Source: Gammaproteobacteria bacterium
Lineage (GTDB): Bacteria; Pseudomonadota; Gammaproteobacteria; UBA4575
DNA: 64,000 bases
Assembly: GCA_965222615.1 (NCBI GenBank)
Contig: CBDCUI010000007.1
Location: forward strand, 192,001-256,000
Reading direction: 5' to 3'
The position numbers and the translations under genes were made by a program. How positions within the stretch are numbered: position 1 is the stretch's first letter; each line of letters starts with the position of its first letter. Below are positions 61,079 to 64,000 of this stretch, piece after piece. Below the pieces are notes generated by a model. The model worked only from the letters and a program-made list of their open reading frames with translations. It had not been told where the DNA came from and searched no databases.

Positions 61079-63432
61079 TGTTTAGCCAGGTATATCCATG
61101 TGCTTAATACTGAATCAGGATTCAAAGACATACTGTCGATACCCTGATCGATCAACCAACGCGCCAAATCCGGATGGTCAGAAGGACCTTGTCCACAAAT
61201 ACCAACGTACTTATTCGCTTTTTTACAAGCACGTATCGCCATACTGATTAACTCTTTAACTGCTACATTGCGCTCATCAAACTTTTCGGCAACAAGTGCT
61301 GAATCGCGATCTAAGCCAAGCGCCATCTGAGTAAGGTCATTTGAGCCTATTGAAAAACCATCAAAATATTCTAAAAATTGATCTGCTAGCAACGCATTGG
61401 AAGGAATTTCGCACATCATGATTACTTTTAGATCATTTTCTCCACGAGCAAGTCCATATTTTTGCATAAGCTCAGTAACCTGACTTGCTTCTTCCAGTGT
61501 GCGTACAAACGGCACCATGACTTGCACATTGCTTAATCCCATTTCGTCACGTACTTTGCGTAGCGCTTTACATTCCATCTCAAAACAAGGGGCAAACATC
61601 TCAGATAAATAACGTGATGCGCCCCGATAACCAATCATTGGATTTTCTTCTTTTGGTTCATATAAATTGCCACCGAGTAAATTGGCATACTCATTCGATT
61701 TAAAATCAGACAAACGCACAATCACTGGCTTATCTTCAAAAGCCACTGCAAGTGTGGCAATGCCTTCTGTCAACCTAGTGATATAAAAAGACTCTGGGTC
61801 AGAGTAAGCAACAATACGTTCCTCAATTGATGATTTAACAGTGTCAGGCATAGAATCAAAATCAATTAAGGCACGAGGATGGATACCGATCATTTTGTTA
61901 ATTACAAATTCCAATCGCGCCAACCCTATTCCTTCGTTAGGGATACTTGAAAATGAGAAAGCCCGTTCAGGGTTACCTACATTAAGCATAATCTTACAAG
62001 GTATATCCGGCATTTTATTTAACTGAATTCGATCAATATCAAACTCAAGCTGACCTTTATACACATAACCAGTATCACCATCGGCACAAGATACTGTGAC
62101 ATCTTGTTGATGTTGTATAACAGATGTTGCATCTTCACAACCTACGATGGCCGGCACACCTAATTCACGTGCGATAATTGCTGCATGGCAGGTACGTCCA
62201 CCGCGATTGGTTACAATAGCCGAAGCGCGTTGCATTACGGGCTCCCAATCGGGATCAGTCATGTCTGTAACTAACACTTCTCCAGCTTGTAATTGCTCAA
62301 TTTCTTGTAACGAGGGAACGATACGTGCTCGTCCAACACCAATTCGTTGTCCTATACTTCTTCCTGTAGTAATCACTTCTGTTTTTTCTGCTAAAGAATA
62401 TTTTTCTATGAAATTTTGATCACGACTTTGTACAGTTTCTGGACGTGCTTGAACGATATAGAGTCGTTGATCAACACCATCTTTAGCCCATTCGATGTCC
62501 ATGGGACGTTGATAGTGCTCCTCTATCAACATAGCGATCCTTGCGAGTGACTCTACCTCTGTGTCTGAAATACAAAACTTATTTCGTTGATTTGCAGCAA
62601 CATCAGCATTATCAACACCACTGCCATTCGCGTTAAAAACCATTTTATGCAGCTTACTTCCACAATTACGTCTAATAACTGCAGGTTGATTTCGCTGTAA
62701 GGCTTTTTTTGATACGTAAAATTCATCTGGATTCACCTGCCCCTGAACGATCGTTTCCCCAAGGCCATAACTAGCGGTGATAAATACCACATCGCGAAAT
62801 CCAGATTCAGTATCTAAGGTAAACAACACGCCACTAGAGGCCAAATCACTACGCACCATTTGCTGAATACCAGCCGATAGTGAAACTTCGGCATGATCAA
62901 AGCCCTTGTGCACTCGATATGCAATGGCCCTATCATTGAATAATGAGGCAAATACTTTTTGCACTGCAGCCAATACTTCCTCTATGCCACATACGTTTAG
63001 GTAACTTTCCTGCTGTCCCGCAAACGATGCTTCGGGCAGATCCTCAGCTGTAGCCGAGGAACGTACCGCAACTGCAACTCCGGGACGAATATAGTTTTCC
63101 ATCTTTTGATAGGAGGTTTTTATTGCACTTTGTAATTCGCTCGGTAATGTAGCATTTAATATCCAGCTACGAATTTTCTTACCGGTATTAACAAGCTGTG
63201 TAATGTCATCAATATCTAGATTCTCAAGCTTGTCAGCTATTTTTGTTTGTAAATCATTCTCAGTAAGAAATAACTGAAATGCATTAGACGTTGTTGCAAA
63301 TCCACCTGGCACAGATACACCAACCGAGCTAAGATGTTGAATCATTTCACCAAGAGATGCATTCTTACCGCCAACTTCGGGTAAATCTTGGGAACTAAGA
63401 TCAGCCAAGTTAATTGTGTAATGTCTCATCAT
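61075..63432 (-). CDS. ppsA: Phosphoenolpyruvate synthase
   Basis: [50 protein letters not shown]. Confidence 0.98.
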   Translation of the reverse strand: MMRHYTINLADLSSQDLPEVGGKNASLGEMIQHLSSVGVSVPGGFATTSNAFQLFLTENDLQTKIADKLENLDIDDITQLVNTGKKIRSWILNATLPSELQSAIKTSYQKMENYIRPGVAVAVRSSATAEDLPEASFAGQQESYLNVCGIEEVLAAVQKVFASLFNDRAIAYRVHKGFDHAEVSLSAGIQQMVRSDLASSGVLFTLDTESGFRDVVFITASYGLGETIVQGQVNPDEFYVSKKALQRNQPAVIRRNCGSKLHKMVFNANGSGVDNADVAANQRNKFCISDTEVESLARIAMLIEEHYQRPMDIEWAKDGVDQRLYIVQARPETVQSRDQNFIEKYSLAEKTEVITTGRSIGQRIGVGRARIVPSLQEIEQLQAGEVLVTDMTDPDWEPVMQRASAIVTNRGGRTCHAAIIARELGVPAIVGCEDATSVIQHQQDVTVSCADGDTGYVYKGQLEFDIDRIQLNKMPDIPCKIMLNVGNPERAFSFSSIPNEGIGLARLEFVINKMIGIHPRALIDFDSMPDTVKSSIEERIVAYSDPESFYITRLTEGIATLAVAFEDKPVIVRLSDFKSNEYANLLGGNLYEPKEENPMIGYRGASRYLSEMFAPCFEMECKALRKVRDEMGLSNVQVMVPFVRTLEEASQVTELMQKYGLARGENDLKVIMMCEIPSNALLADQFLEYFDGFSIGSNDLTQMALGLDRDSALVAEKFDERNVAVKELISMAIRACKKANKYVGICGQGPSDHPDLARWLIDQGIDSMSLNPDSVLSTWIYLAKH

Positions 63433-63446
63433 ACAAGAAAGTTTAT

Positions 63447-64000
63447 ATGCTAAACAAAAAAATACAAAGAGTGTTTTTTATCTCAGATGGGACGGGCATT
63501 ACTATTGAATCTCTCGGTCAATCTTTATTCACACAGTTTCCAGACACTGAGTTTGAAAAAACTGTTTTCCCTTTTGTATCTAATCAGCAAGAAGCTGAAC
63601 GAGTTATCACACACATTCGAGAAGCTACTACTAGTGATAAAACTTCACCACTTGTATTCACCAGTTTAGCAAATGAAGAATTAAAAAATTTATTCATATC
63701 AAGTGACATTGCAATATTTGATATTTTTTCAATTTTTATCCCTGCTATGGAATCACATCTTGGTACTCCATCTTCACATGCGGTTGGCGAGACACATGGT
63801 GTTAGTAACACGTCTAATTATATTCAACGAATTGAAGCACTAAATTTTGCACTAAGTCATGACGATGGCATGAAAATAAATGACTTTGAACGTGCTGATA
63901 TTATTCTAACTGGCGTGTCACGGAGTGGAAAAACACCAACTTGTCTTTATCTCGCCATGCATTATAACTTAAAAGCTGCTAATTACCCGCTAACCGACAG
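63447..64000 (+). CDS. ppsR: PEP synthase regulatory kinase/pyrophosphorylase, partial (runs off window end)
   Basis: Translated by hand: [19 protein letters not shown]..; [14 protein letters not shown]; [16 protein letters not shown]; divergent from ppsA. Confidence 0.95.
   Translation, partial: MLNKKIQRVFFISDGTGITIESLGQSLFTQFPDTEFEKTVFPFVSNQQEAERVITHIREATTSDKTSPLVFTSLANEELKNLFISSDIAIFDIFSIFIPAMESHLGTPSSHAVGETHGVSNTSNYIQRIEALNFALSHDDGMKINDFERADIILTGVSRSGKTPTCLYLAMHYNLKAANYPLTD

Noticed and set aside
63487-63811. Short ORFs 63487-63669 and 63584-63811
   Set aside because: Out-of-frame or antisense to ppsR, which the track missed because it runs off the window.

Overview
Chromosomal window of an AT-rich gammaproteobacterium. 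The first 17.9 kb hold a giant surface protein gene on the minus strand (458-17641, about 5,700 codons). Its order is signal peptide, SpaA/DUF11-type Ig-like domains, 31 tandem 333-bp units (30 identical, one scrambled), Ca-binding loops, an OmpA peptidoglycan-binding domain and a very large C-terminal beta-barrel. It has a highly structured leader and is followed by a secreted Cys-rich protein that runs off the window. The mature N-terminus is an orphan C-terminal fragment of a DUF11 domain, which suggests intermolecular strand complementation or isopeptide ligation; this is the best candidate for an undescribed system. The rest is mostly core genes: metK-ahcY-rsmE, a reduced Pil-Chp cluster (pilGHIJ-chpA-chpC with a sensor-less PilJ), gshB-tonB-yqgE-yqgF-pyrR-pyrB-pyrC'-pyrK, a small AT-rich island of remnants, pilT-pilU-pilU2, yggS-proC-yggT-metX-metW, an HU-like gene, terB-like, hspQ, yrfG, cysQ, pqiA-A-B-C, a guaD fragment, an IS30 element, an EEP gene, ppsA and ppsR. 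No rRNA, tRNA or CRISPR was seen. Family assignments come from motif recognition by eye, not database searches.
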